DNA of 64,000 bases, taken from the NCBI GenBank assembly GCA_000320545.1, contig ADNK01001706.1:1-64000 (forward strand), written 5' to 3'. This document shows, one piece after another, positions 11,670 to 21,924 of this stretch. Each line of letters starts with the position of its first letter. The first letter of the stretch is position 1. Source of the DNA: Bigelowiella natans CCMP2755 (taxonomy: Eukaryota; Protista; Cercozoa). Under the pieces are notes generated by a model. It was not told the DNA's origin, did no database searches, and was given only the letters and a program-made list of their open reading frames with translations. A program made the position numbers and the translations under genes.

Positions 11670-13247
11670 ATGTCACAGCAGCTAGAAGAACAGCAGGACT
11701 TTGGCTCGCAGGCCGTGCAAGGGCACGAGCAGAAACAGGAAAGGAAGGGCGATACGGACGCTAAGGAAGGAGGAGGAACACCTCCACAGGCACCGCCGGG
11801 ACCAGCACCCGGGATTAAGAAAGCAGATGCAGCAGCAGAGGCACTGGAGAACTTCTACGAGGCGGACGACGAGGACGTGGCCGCCGAAAGCAAGAAGGTC
11901 GTAATGGCATTACGAGCCTTGCGACCCAGGGCGAGCAACTACGCCAAACTGAAAGTATCGATAGAATACAAGTATCAGACACATGATGTTTGGGCAGCTA
12001 TCATGCAGACATCATGGATTACGAAGCAGACTTACCTCCAGAGTGGGCAGCTTTGTTTAGGAACGACGGGGTCTGGGCGCCTCGCGGGGGACGACCCAGA
12101 GCACCGTCAAGCAGCAGCAGCCGGTACAGCGGAACACCCAGTTCATGTCTGTTAAAACAGCACCGGTTATGATAACGAAATACAACGGGAAAAGAGGTGA
12201 GGCAAGGAGGTGGTGGAAGAACGCTAGGAAAGATAAAGGAATCCACTTACGTTACGGAGAAAGGCTACACCACGATGGAGGCAGCAGTGCAGGCTATCCA
12301 TGGACCTTTACGAGACAGGCAGGACCCGGATCAGGCAGCTAGAGAAAATACACACTACAGTTAGTGGGCTACGAGACGTTGAGGCGATAATGAAGGCTTT
12401 TGTAAATGAACAGGATGCTAACTCCCTACCCCAGGCTATTAGAAAATACAGAGCAATGATGCAGCATGAGAGAGAACCTGTTAGAGACTTTGCCACGCGC
12501 TTCCAGGATATGATCGACGAACTACATGATTTTAATTACAACACAGGTGATGATCAGGCAAGGTTTGAAGAGTTCAAGTTAAAGATAAAGGAATCCACTT
12601 ACGTTACGGAGAAAGGCTACACCACGATGGAGGCAGCAGTGCAGGCTATATCCCTACGCGAGCAGGAGCAGGACCGCAAGTTTACCAGCCCTAAGGTACC
12701 TGGCATAGGAAACATTAACGCTATTAAGCCGCAGCGAGACTGGTACAAGGACAGGGAAGGTAACCGACGTTGCGGATACTGCTCACGTAAAGGGAAACAC
12801 ACCGCTAAAGACTGCAGAGACAGGAAAGAAGGACGACCCAGGATGACGATCAGGCAGCTCAACGAACACTACGAGAAGTTAAAGAGAAAGAAAGGCAGAG
12901 GACAAGGATATAACAACAGCAAATGGCAAGGCAGCAACAACGGGAAGAACAATAAATATAAGAACAAAAAGCAGAACAGTATCAATGCTATACAGCAGCA
13001 GATAAACGGAATATTAGATCACCTTAAGCAGGCGCCGACGAAGACAGCAGTACCAGCAACGCAGGACCAAGACAAGCCCATGACCCTAGACGACATAAAG
13101 AACTTAGGAGTATGCAACATTAATGACGAAGACGCTAACAGGACTATCAAAGTTGCTATGACCAAGGTTAAAGTTAAAGACAGCTACGGAGACTACAAGA
13201 AACTACTGCCCTTTGGGATAGTGGCAGCATGCCGAAGTCCTTCATAA
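11670..13247 (+). CDS. gag: Gag (5' part frame-disrupted) with zinc knuckle and start of protease
   Basis: ORF 12300-13247 has capsid-like QHEREPVRDFATRF and CGYCSRKGKHTAKDC (12771-12815). The upstream part is split over three frames (11670, 11990, 12145). Confidence 0.8.
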
Positions 13248-16200
13248 GCCTAAGCACAGTAAGAAGGTTAGGACTATTGGATCAAGTGACTAAGAAAGAA
13301 CGTAAATATGCTCAAGCAGACGGAAGCTCTTCCATGAAGACCGTCGGTGAGCTAATGCTAAAGCTACAGATACCTGGCAGCGACGCGGAGACCCAAATCA
13401 AGACCCGAGTAGCCATGACTTTATCCATGGAACTACTCCTCGGACAGGATGCCCTAGAAAAATTAGGGGGGATCATATCATTCTACAATCACAAGATATA
13501 CTTTGCTAAGTTGCCAAAGAAGTCAGGCAGGACCATCAGCCAGAACATGATACGGCTTGACGAGTGGACCTCTGAGTCAAGCGTTAATGCGTTAGAGTTT
13601 ATGGACCTAGCGGACAACAAGCTACCTACACCTACCGAGCTACGGAAGAAGAACCCCGGCAAGACCATCCGACAGATAACGGAGCTACTGGACAAGACCC
13701 CCCCAGCTGATGATTGGGATATCGACAAAGGCAAAAAGTACATTAATAAAATATTAAACGAGAAGTACTCTGACATCACCAAGCCGACGACGAAGCCCTC
13801 CAGCAAGCTTACCCCAGTAAAGATCGAGCTAAAGAAGGGATACGAAGAGTGCATCATCAATGACCCAGAACATAGGCGACCGGAAGCGGACTGGGAAAAG
13901 ATAGAGTGGCAGATCAATGAATGGGCAAAGGAAGGGAAGATAGAGCCAAGCAACTCACCATGGAACGTGAGACATGTGCTAGCTAAGAAACCTACTTACC
14001 CTTTCTTCCGCCTGGCGCACAACTTCATCCGCCACAACCGAGTAATAAAGAGGATCCAGACACCTACACCAAGGATAGATGACGTTATTGAACACGTCAT
14101 AGGATACAAATACTACTCTTCCCTAGATAAAAATGAATCATACATGCAGACACCCATCCACAAAACCTCCCGCCCCATTACCGCGTTCTCCAGCAGGCAC
14201 AGGAAGTGGCACTTCGTCGTATTCCCTTACGGCCTAAGCATATCAGGGGATGCGTTCAGTAGTCAGAACTACAGGGCATACACACATGATGGGATGGCGT
14301 CTGTGTTGTGGGTGTTTGTGTTTGTGTATGTGGATGATGACATAATATGTACCAACACAGTCGTCGCTCAGATCTTCCTCCTGGAAAATATATTTATTAG
14401 GTTTGCACACTTCGGTTTTACTATTAGACTGCAGAAGTGTACATTCCTAGCTACAAGAATCAAGTGGTGTGGATATTACCTGGAGCAAGGCCGCATCACC
14501 CCAAACCCCGAGAAAGTAGCAGCACTACAGCAAGCCCCTAAACCTAAGAATGCAAAGGAGTTAAAGTCATTCTTGCAGACTGCAGCTTGGATACTACGTA
14601 GGTTCTCCCCTACCTACGCTAGGACTGCAGCTGCTTTTACTACTGCTTACCGGAAGGAGAACTCTGTAGGCCTCAGCTTCGCTAAGGTGTGGGCCAAGGC
14701 TGGCCTTGATGCCCACTTCGATAACCTAATAAAGTTATGCAGCAACACCCTATTGAATGCTAAGCTAGACACTACTAGACCAGCTACCCTATGGACAGAC
14801 TGGTCTAAGCTAGGTATGGCTGCTGTACTTACCCAAGACCAGCAGATCATACGGGTGTGGGGCAGGGCCTGCACAGCAGCTGAGGCCAAGTACAGCCCTA
14901 CAAAAGGAGAGTATAAAGCCATGACTGAGGCGCAGAGGAAACTAAGATACTACCTGCTGTCGGTGCCCAGCTTCACCTTAATGACTGACCACAAGCCCCT
15001 CCTAGGCATCGACCGCAAGCTCGAAGCGCCTAACGATGAGTATGCAGCTATGAGGGCGGACACGGAAGAGTTTAGGGACAAGAGGACAGTGGTCTACGCA
15101 CCAGGAGACAAGCAGCTTGCTGACTATTTCAGCAGGCTGTTCGAAAAGAAAGTCCCTACCCAGGTCACCCCTATGGTTAACGCGATTACCTTCGAGGACG
15201 GCGACTTCCTGCCTGAGCCAGAGGAGCTCCAGCACCTTCAAGAACACCTGGATAAATACAAACACAAGCATGAGGTACTTAGTGATAGGATATATGTATA
15301 CACTAATAATGTTAGGCGTACCTACGTGCCACGGCGGACCAGGGGAGCCCTTCTCTTTACCGCCCATGGACCTGCACACGTAGGAGAAAACCATATCACT
15401 GCTCTACTCTACCATTACTACTGGCCCTACAAGCTAAAAGAGATAAGGACATACCTGCGTGGCTGCAGGTGCTCCAGCTTGAAGGCGGCAGGCGTCGCCA
15501 CCAAGGAGTCCAGCAAGAGCCGTGCATCTAAGAAAATCAAAGCAAGGAACTTCTTAGATATCGTGCAAATTGATGTTTATAAGTACGATGGCTATCACTA
15601 CCTTACCTTCGTTGATGTGGCCACTGGAAAGTGCTGGGTTAAAAAGATTATCAAGGTCAACGTTGCTAAGAAGAACAAAGGCTTATATAAGCAGAGGCTT
15701 ACTAACTGCTACCGTACCTGGGAGTCTGAGCTCCAGGCTATCCCTGATGAAGTTAGCATAAACAAGATACCAAAGAAGTTACATGTGGATAATGAGACCT
15801 CTCTTCTACAGCTACCACACCCTAATATTGATGCCTCACCTGTATACTATGCCCAGTCCAACTCCAAGGTAGAGCGACTCCACCGCACCTTGGCCAACCT
15901 AAGCAGGATAAATAGCACCACACCAGACAAGATACAAGGGTTAGTAAACGACACCTTCACGTCTGGGGGAGGTATCAAGGATAAGGAGAGGGAAGAAGGC
16001 GACGACAACGACGACGATACCGAGAGCGAAGACGAGAAGGTCCCGTACGATGGCCGAGTTCTAAAGGAAGGACAGTATGTTAGGGCCAAGGTAAATCTGA
16101 GATCGAGAAATAAACAAGACCCCTTCTGGGGTGGCGTTGCAAAGGTTACCGAGAGGAAGGGGAGGAAGCAGTACTACATCTATGATGGGAACAGGGTCAC

Positions 16201-16636
16201 CTTGCGCCACATCAGTCACCTAAAGAATTATGATATCGGTGAGAAGCTCCTAGAGGATGTTAAAGTAAACCCTACTGTGTGGGAGCGAGCAATGCCTTGT
16301 TTAGGACCCCGACCTAAGTTCGATGTGGAATATGGAAACAATAAGGTCAGGGTGAACGACGATTGGCGCATGAAGATTGTCTATCTAGGCTACCCTGGAT
16401 TACGAAATATGGAGAGGGTAGCTATGAAAATAAAGGACGGAAAATATCAGCTACTCTACCTAGCTGTTCCCGACTTACCCTTTGAGCACTGGTATAAGGT
16501 CCTGGGGGACCTTGATGCAGAGGGCTGGTATGGACACGAACCTAAGGACGAAGGTGAGTTCTGGGTAAGCGACAAAGGAGATAAGGTTAGAGAGGAATCT
16601 ATTACCTGGTGGTTGGTGAAGTTCCGAAAGCGATGA
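13178..16636 (+). CDS. pol: Pol: aspartic protease, RT, RNase H, integrase, C-terminal methyltransferase-like extension
   Basis: ALWDSGS (13208-13228), SPWN, PYGL, YVDD, WTDWS..E..TDHKPL, H-H-C-C zinc finger, QIDV..HVDNE..SNSKVERLHRTL. Confidence 0.95.
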   Translation, partial: RQLRRLQETTALWDSGSMPKSFISLSTVRRLGLLDQVTKKERKYAQADGSSSMKTVGELMLKLQIPGSDAETQIKTRVAMTLSMELLLGQDALEKLGGIISFYNHKIYFAKLPKKSGRTISQNMIRLDEWTSESSVNALEFMDLADNKLPTPTELRKKNPGKTIRQITELLDKTPPADDWDIDKGKKYINKILNEKYSDITKPTTKPSSKLTPVKIELKKGYEECIINDPEHRRPEADWEKIEWQINEWAKEGKIEPSNSPWNVRHVLAKKPTYPFFRLAHNFIRHNRVIKRIQTPTPRIDDVIEHVIGYKYYSSLDKNESYMQTPIHKTSRPITAFSSRHRKWHFVVFPYGLSISGDAFSSQNYRAYTHDGMASVLWVFVFVYVDDDIICTNTVVAQIFLLENIFIRFAHFGFTIRLQKCTFLATRIKWCGYYLEQGRITPNPEKVAALQQAPKPKNAKELKSFLQTAAWILRRFSPTYARTAAAFTTAYRKENSVGLSFAKVWAKAGLDAHFDNLIKLCSNTLLNAKLDTTRPATLWTDWSKLGMAAVLTQDQQIIRVWGRACTAAEAKYSPTKGEYKAMTEAQRKLRYYLLSVPSFTLMTDHKPLLGIDRKLEAPNDEYAAMRADTEEFRDKRTVVYAPGDKQLADYFSRLFEKKVPTQVTPMVNAITFEDGDFLPEPEELQHLQEHLDKYKHKHEVLSDRIYVYTNNVRRTYVPRRTRGALLFTAHGPAHVGENHITALLYHYYWPYKLKEIRTYLRGCRCSSLKAAGVATKESSKSRASKKIKARNFLDIVQIDVYKYDGYHYLTFVDVATGKCWVKKIIKVNVAKKNKGLYKQRLTNCYRTWESELQAIPDEVSINKIPKKLHVDNETSLLQLPHPNIDASPVYYAQSNSKVERLHRTLANLSRINSTTPDKIQGLVNDTFTSGGGIKDKEREEGDDNDDDTESEDEKVPYDGRVLKEGQYVRAKVNLRSRNKQDPFWGGVAKVTERKGRKQYYIYDGNRVTLRHISHLKNYDIGEKLLEDVKVNPTVWERAMPCLGPRPKFDVEYGNNKVRVNDDWRMKIVYLGYPGLRNMERVAMKIKDGKYQLLYLAVPDLPFEHWYKVLGDLDAEGWYGHEPKDEGEFWVSDKGDKVREESITWWLVKFRKR

Positions 16637-16679
16637 AGGTCTAAGGGAATAAGGAAGGAAGGAAGGAGCAACGTGACTT

Positions 16680-16687
16680 GGGGGAGG
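16680..16687 (+). promoter_or_regulatory. Polypurine tract
   Basis: GGGGGAGG directly before the 3' LTR, preceded by a purine-rich AAGG run. Confidence 0.7.
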
Positions 16688-17013
16688 TGTAGCGCGTACC
16701 ACTACGCGGGCACAAGTCACGTGCGACAACAAAGGGGTTGTCGCGGATATAGAATATAGATAACGTAGATATTAATACAGCATAGGCACGTGGGTTCCGG
16801 CGGGACTCATGGCAGCACACCGGAAGTGTGCTGCCCCACGTGCGGCGGCATTCGCGAAAGCTTCGCGAATGATTACGCAGTGCACGATTTAATAAAAATA
16901 TAATCTTTAATAAAAATAAACACAACTCTTCAAAAGGAAGCAAACGTGCCTTTCCCCCCCCCTGCCTACTTGTGCACGTAGCGCCTCGGCCTGTGAACAC
17001 CTTACGCGCAACA
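16688..17013 (+). repeat. 3' LTR (326 bp)
   Basis: Identical by eye to 11305-11630. Confidence 0.95.
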
Positions 17014-17290
17014 TCAAATCGCTTGTTCTAGTGTTCTCTAGTTCTAGTCGTCGCATTGAAACTTGACAAAAGTGTTGTAGGTTTTATTCTCGCTTCCATG
17101 CATTGCTAGATTAGGCATTGCCATTCCCCACATCTAGGTGTGCTAGACGATGCCCCACAGATGCCGTGCATATCCACTAGATCACAAAATGTCCAGATTC
17201 GGCGCCAAGCACGCATGTCTAGATGTGCAGTGCTCAGTGCTTTCCGCACAAATGCGATTTACATTCAATGCCAATGTGTTTGTTAAAGAC
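17014..17290. other. CTAG-rich, partly TpA-eroded domain, right flank of the LTR element
   Basis: ctagtgttctctagttctagt and several more CTAG; TG/CA-rich. Confidence 0.6.
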
Positions 17291-17759
17291 AACTCTACCT
17301 TCTAATCATTCACTAAAGCAAGGGAGGTACATGAGTCACAATCATTGGCTGTGCAAAAGAGGATGTTGAACTAGCAATATTTTACATTCTCTTCCGTTCA
17401 TGACTTAAGATCTCGGACTTTTACTGTAGCAAATACAGGGCTTTATGTACATATTTATTCATTTTTGGCAAGTTTACGTTGATGATTTTTTCGAGAAAGG
17501 GACTTGACGACTTCTTGTCTGGAACTGGACGGTCTTCATTTACTGTACTGTAATAGGGTCGCCACACTGCGGGCGGGGGCAAGATACTGCATGCTGTTTG
17601 CGACATGATCCTAAAGTCGCAATTCCGTCGGTTGAATGTACTGAATCAAACGACCAAAGTCAGTGCTAAGGATGGCGCGTTTATGAATTCCAACGAATCA
17701 CATGTTGAATACCTGCATGGTAGGCTGCTCCGTCCAGTCGAGAAACGTAAACTTTATAT

Positions 17760-19337
17760 TGTCAAAACAGCAACGAGAAGATCGTGCATAGCCTCTCAGG
17801 CGGTGGCTTTTGAGGGAATAATTTCACACAGGAAAAGATAAACTTCGTCTAGGTTTCTTGCATTTGTGGATGACGGATCTACCTGGTCTCCGCAGGAGGA
17901 GAATGTCACACCGAAGCAGAGATATTTGGGCAGATGCACCGATCTGGGGTTGACACGGTACTGCTTCCTCCCGACGAAGAAGGCCAGCTTCCCAACCTAT
18001 CACAGGATAGTAAGTCTCTACCTTTGCATTCACGCTGCAAAGCAAAGTTTCGTGGAAGTTTCTACCAATGGATTGATGCTAATCCCGACGATGTCCCCCG
18101 ATTTCCACGAGGGCGTTCGGCCTTGCCCATCTTGCAACTTCAAGATCTGGACGAAGGGGCACGGAGACAAACCAAGGAAAAAAATGATTAGATGAATAGG
18201 GAAAAAGAAAGGATACTACAAGTACTACAACAACACTACCATTACTACTACTGCTCCTACCTTGCCACGATGACGGAAGAAGCCATCACAACCGAGTCCC
18301 CAGGAATGCGAGCAGTCGCCGATCCCGTACCTTGTTTGTTTCATACCATCAATATGAGTGTTAGAGATTGTAGAAACGTGTCTGCATTTCATTTCATTAC
18401 GAGGATTCTGTCTTCCGACGGAATTTTCTCGGGTCAACGATTCCAATGGCCATTCGCCCGTGGGAGCCATCGCCATCGTGCGAATCAGCAGCGCGGCAAT
18501 CAACGCGGAAGGTCAGCTGATGAATGGTGCTTTGCACGGAACCATATCCCAGAATTGTAAATTTGTGTGAACCCTGACCGCAAATAGCACAGAGAAGATT
18601 GTAAATTTGTGTGAACCCTGACCGCAAATAGCACAGAGAAGAACAGGCCATGTAGATCAGACACTGGGTAACGATGTCAACTTCAATATTTAGCTGACAC
18701 GTGTGACAGTATTTACTCGTATTCCTGGGAATTTTCACTAAAAGTTTGGGACACTGGATTCTTCGAGGGTTTGTCATCTAAAGAAAAGGTAAATTACTTT
18801 CAACTTCCACTTCTTCCGTTGAGGGGCAACCCTGGTGACAGTCGTAAACGCAGTCTCCCTCGGGCTAAAGACAGTGGGCGGCAAACTTGAAGCATCGAAG
18901 GCAGCGCAGTTGCGTGCATACGTTGAGATAATGTCGACGACAGCACTTCCCATAAGACGGAGAAAATCAGGGGAAAGCGCATCCTTCAGGTGGTCTTCTT
19001 CGCTGGGCCGTCGCCTTAGCGCCGGTGGTGTTGGCTTCAAGGAGGGAGATGTTGATGGGGAGCGCGGCACCTTCTCTCCCTTCTTTTTAGTCACAATGAT
19101 CTCAACACCGCTTTCGGATCCTGAGAGATACTTAAGAACATTCTCCTCCAACAGTTGGTCGCCTCCGCGGGTGTACAGCCCCCTGGCCTTGCAGCAGAGC
19201 TTTTTAGAGGCCAGTTTCAGCAGGTCATTCACCACGCTCCGAGCTTCAAGGTTTTCACCAAGTTCGTAAATTATCGGGCGCTTCACGTTGCGTTTTCTAT
19301 TCGGACTCAGCACCAAGCGTATCCTCGAGACAGTCAT
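17760..19337 (-). CDS. Multi-exon protein with N-terminal doublecortin/ubiquitin-like domain and C-terminal SPRY/B30.2-like domain
   Basis: N-term LLKLASKKL..KARGLYTRGG; exons giving HQLTFRVD..MAIGIV, YGIGDCSHSWGLGCDG..H.G, WKSGDIVGISIN, KLAFFV..LP..LCFGVTFSSCGDQ. The 3' end is uncertain. Confidence 0.6.
18554..18642. repeat. Perfect 44-bp tandem duplication spanning a splice acceptor
   Basis: attgtaaatttgtgtgaaccctgaccgcaaatagcacagagaag x2. Confidence 0.9.
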
Positions 19338-19490
19338 GGCCGATCGATCTCCCAATTCTTTTGCGATCTCGTGGCTGTATTCACTCCTAGTGCCGGCAGC
19401 AGCAGGTTATCTATCTCACGCAACAACTGGAAAGAGGTAGGGTTTAGTAACTCTTCCCCGGTACACGTTGGCGCAATCGCTACCTGAGAG

Positions 19491-20466
19491 ATGGAGGAAA
19501 TAATGGCTGTGGTGTTTCGTGCGGTTGGGGGCTGGTGGCAAATGGCCAGGGAATTAGGGTTTGAGTGAGGAGGGGCAATGACGCAACCGGTTCTTGCCGG
19601 TTTCCACTCAATATCTACCTATTTGACCTGTCGTAAATCGACAACAACTCATATTTTATATGTACGACAACAAATCAATTCTCTCAACAGAGAATAATTT
19701 AATAATTCGGCCATGCATTCGACCGTTGCTCATGGAACTCACAGCCGTGAACAAGCCGCACGCAAAGAAATCCTGAAATCTCGCGGAAAAGCATGTCGCA
19801 GCGAGAGCTTTTTCTCCCAGTTGAGCAAGAGCAAAAAACCATGGCATTTGATCATCGCGATGGAGAACAAAAACCCAAAACAGCCACTATAATCTACAAG
19901 GGAAGGAGACTGAGATCCAATGACTCGATTTCGAAAGTGAAGGATGGCGATGTGCTGCATTGTTGGATCTCTTCCTCAGTTCTCTCGTCGTCCTCACGCG
20001 ATGATCAAGGTCTCAACACGCAAAATTGGGACTTCACAGCCAACACACTACCTTGATTGCCCTAACCACACATCAACCTAACTTCATGAGGACTCCGCAT
20101 CTCATGCCATCGAATGTTGTGCGGTGGAGATTGACATAACGAACGACCATAGTAGAGATAACGTTAGGAAAACCCCACTTGTGCTACATGTTTGTCCCCT
20201 TCTCAGATCCTATCACGTCACCTGCATCCGATAGCGACGATGCTGATTCCTGCTGCGGCTTGTGGATGTGCGAAAACCTGGCGCCCAGGCATGTGTTTTG
20301 GGCGTTGGTTCTTGCCATCCTCGGGTACTTCTGGGGACTGCTGTTGACGAATGGAATGCGGTATTTTAACATATTCAGCGTCGTTATGCTCGCTGGCCTT
20401 TCCGTTGTGGCCATGCAGCACATGAATCTTGGGAGCAGCAACAGCAATTCGCAGGATGATAGTTGA
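19491..20466 (+). CDS. Ubiquitin-like domain plus C-terminal transmembrane helices (TMUB/Dsc3-like)
   Basis: IIYKGRRL..DSISKVKDGDVLHCWIS followed by the hydrophobic HVFWALVLAILGYFWGLL..YFNIFSVVMLAGLSVVAM. Confidence 0.6.
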
Positions 20467-20509
20467 TCTTGGTACACCGGATTCAACAAGCAACCAGTTA
20501 GTCATCCCG

Positions 20510-21900
20510 GCCAGTAGCAGAGTCATGTCCGCACATGCTAGCATGGCTCGCAAGGGAATGCTCCGCATGGCCAACGTGTCTGGAATGGTACGTGTAGTGA
20601 GTGATTGAATGCAATGAAGCACAAGCAGATCATGGCCGTGAGAGATGCATGCGTTGAGCATGCACCCCACATGGATGAGCGAACCCGCTGCTCTGTGCTG
20701 CGGGAATCGTCTATAGATATCGATCGTGCTGCTGTGGCCCGATCCATGCGTTGAGCACACGTTCGCTTATTTGCTGACTGTCTCACAACTGATGTTCTGG
20801 TGTTCTCATATTCGATGGTTCTGGCTTTTGTTCCCTGTCTAGCTGTGTCAGGTCCAGCAGCTAGATTGACCTGCTAGCTAGTTGTAGCTAGTGACGGAGG
20901 CATGCCTGTCTAAGCTGTCATTGCGTGCGTGATGGACATGGCACGTGCACCCTCATCTTGCTATGGCCCATGCTGCTCATGTCCTCCAGACGTATACGTA
21001 CGTGGCGCTGCGATTGGGCGACATCGTGCACGTACTGCTAGACTAGCTAGCTAGTGCAGTCTCGTCATTGCGCTACTCGCACACACAGCTAGACAGCTGC
21101 GCCGCATGCTAGCATGCTAGCGGTGGTTGGGCTAGCAGTGACTGGACTTGAGGTTGGGCCACCGGTGACTGGGCTTGAGGAGCATGCACACACCCTGCAT
21201 CTGGTCGTCGATGCGATCTAGCCGCGAGCGCAGCATCGCATGGCTAAATGGCACCACGCACAGTAGTGGACAGATGTGCATGACAAATCATGGGTGCAAC
21301 GTGTTGCATGTCTGTATCATGCAAACATCAATGACATGGCCGGAAGAAAAGATTGGGCAGTCAACTGTGCTAGTGTGAACCATCATGAACCGCTACACTA
21401 GATAGACCTGGACAGTGTCACGAGAAGACTCCGCTTCGCATCAATGCCCGCACCTCAGACCTCATTGATCGAGTTGAACAAAAGCCATTGTGCAGATTGA
21501 CCACAGTCGCATCACATTAGGTTCTGGACTGCGCCACTCGCCAATAATAGACACAGCAATACACAATATATGTTATAGTCGTCGTCGTTCCAATGGCACA
21601 AATTGTTGAAATCCACATCACGCAAGTCGCACCCTTAAAATAGACACAGCAATACACAATATATATTATATATGTAGTGTATTGCATGTCTATCATGCCA
21701 CACGCAACTTGCGACGCGAACGTGGGTGTGCGCGCTGTCTTGTGCACGTCTAGTAGCCATGTGCGCGCGCAAAGAACCATGAAACGTGCACTTTGGACAC
21801 AGTCAACCCGCAGTGAGGTTGAGTGGGAAAGTAGGTGCATTCAAAACCATCGCAACTTGGCGTTCGTCAGCTACACAATGAATGAACAAATGAACCTCAC
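20510..21900. other. TpA-eroded, CTAG-rich domain between convergent genes
   Basis: Mostly CTAG survivors; a TA-retaining island with a 32-bp direct repeat at 21546-21577 / 21639-21670. Confidence 0.75.
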
Positions 21901-21924
21901 GATGCGATCAATTTGCCCTGACAG

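Larger units (their letters stand above)
11305..17013 (+). mobile_element. Ty3/gypsy (Metaviridae) LTR retrotransposon, full length, recent
   Basis: Two identical 326-bp LTRs (TG...CA, terminal inverted repeat TGTAGCGCGTA/TACGCGCAACA), PBS, PPT, gag with CCHC knuckle, pol order PR-RT-RH-IN. No target-site duplication visible. Confidence 0.97.

Noticed and set aside
13178-13217. Programmed -1 gag-pol frameshift
   Set aside because: No X-XXY-YYZ slippery site, and the shift falls inside the protease domain; a 1-bp deletion is more likely.
19438-19562. Two telo-box-like motifs (TAGGGTTT) around a divergent promoter
   Set aside because: Only two short matches; cannot be distinguished from chance without genome-wide counts.
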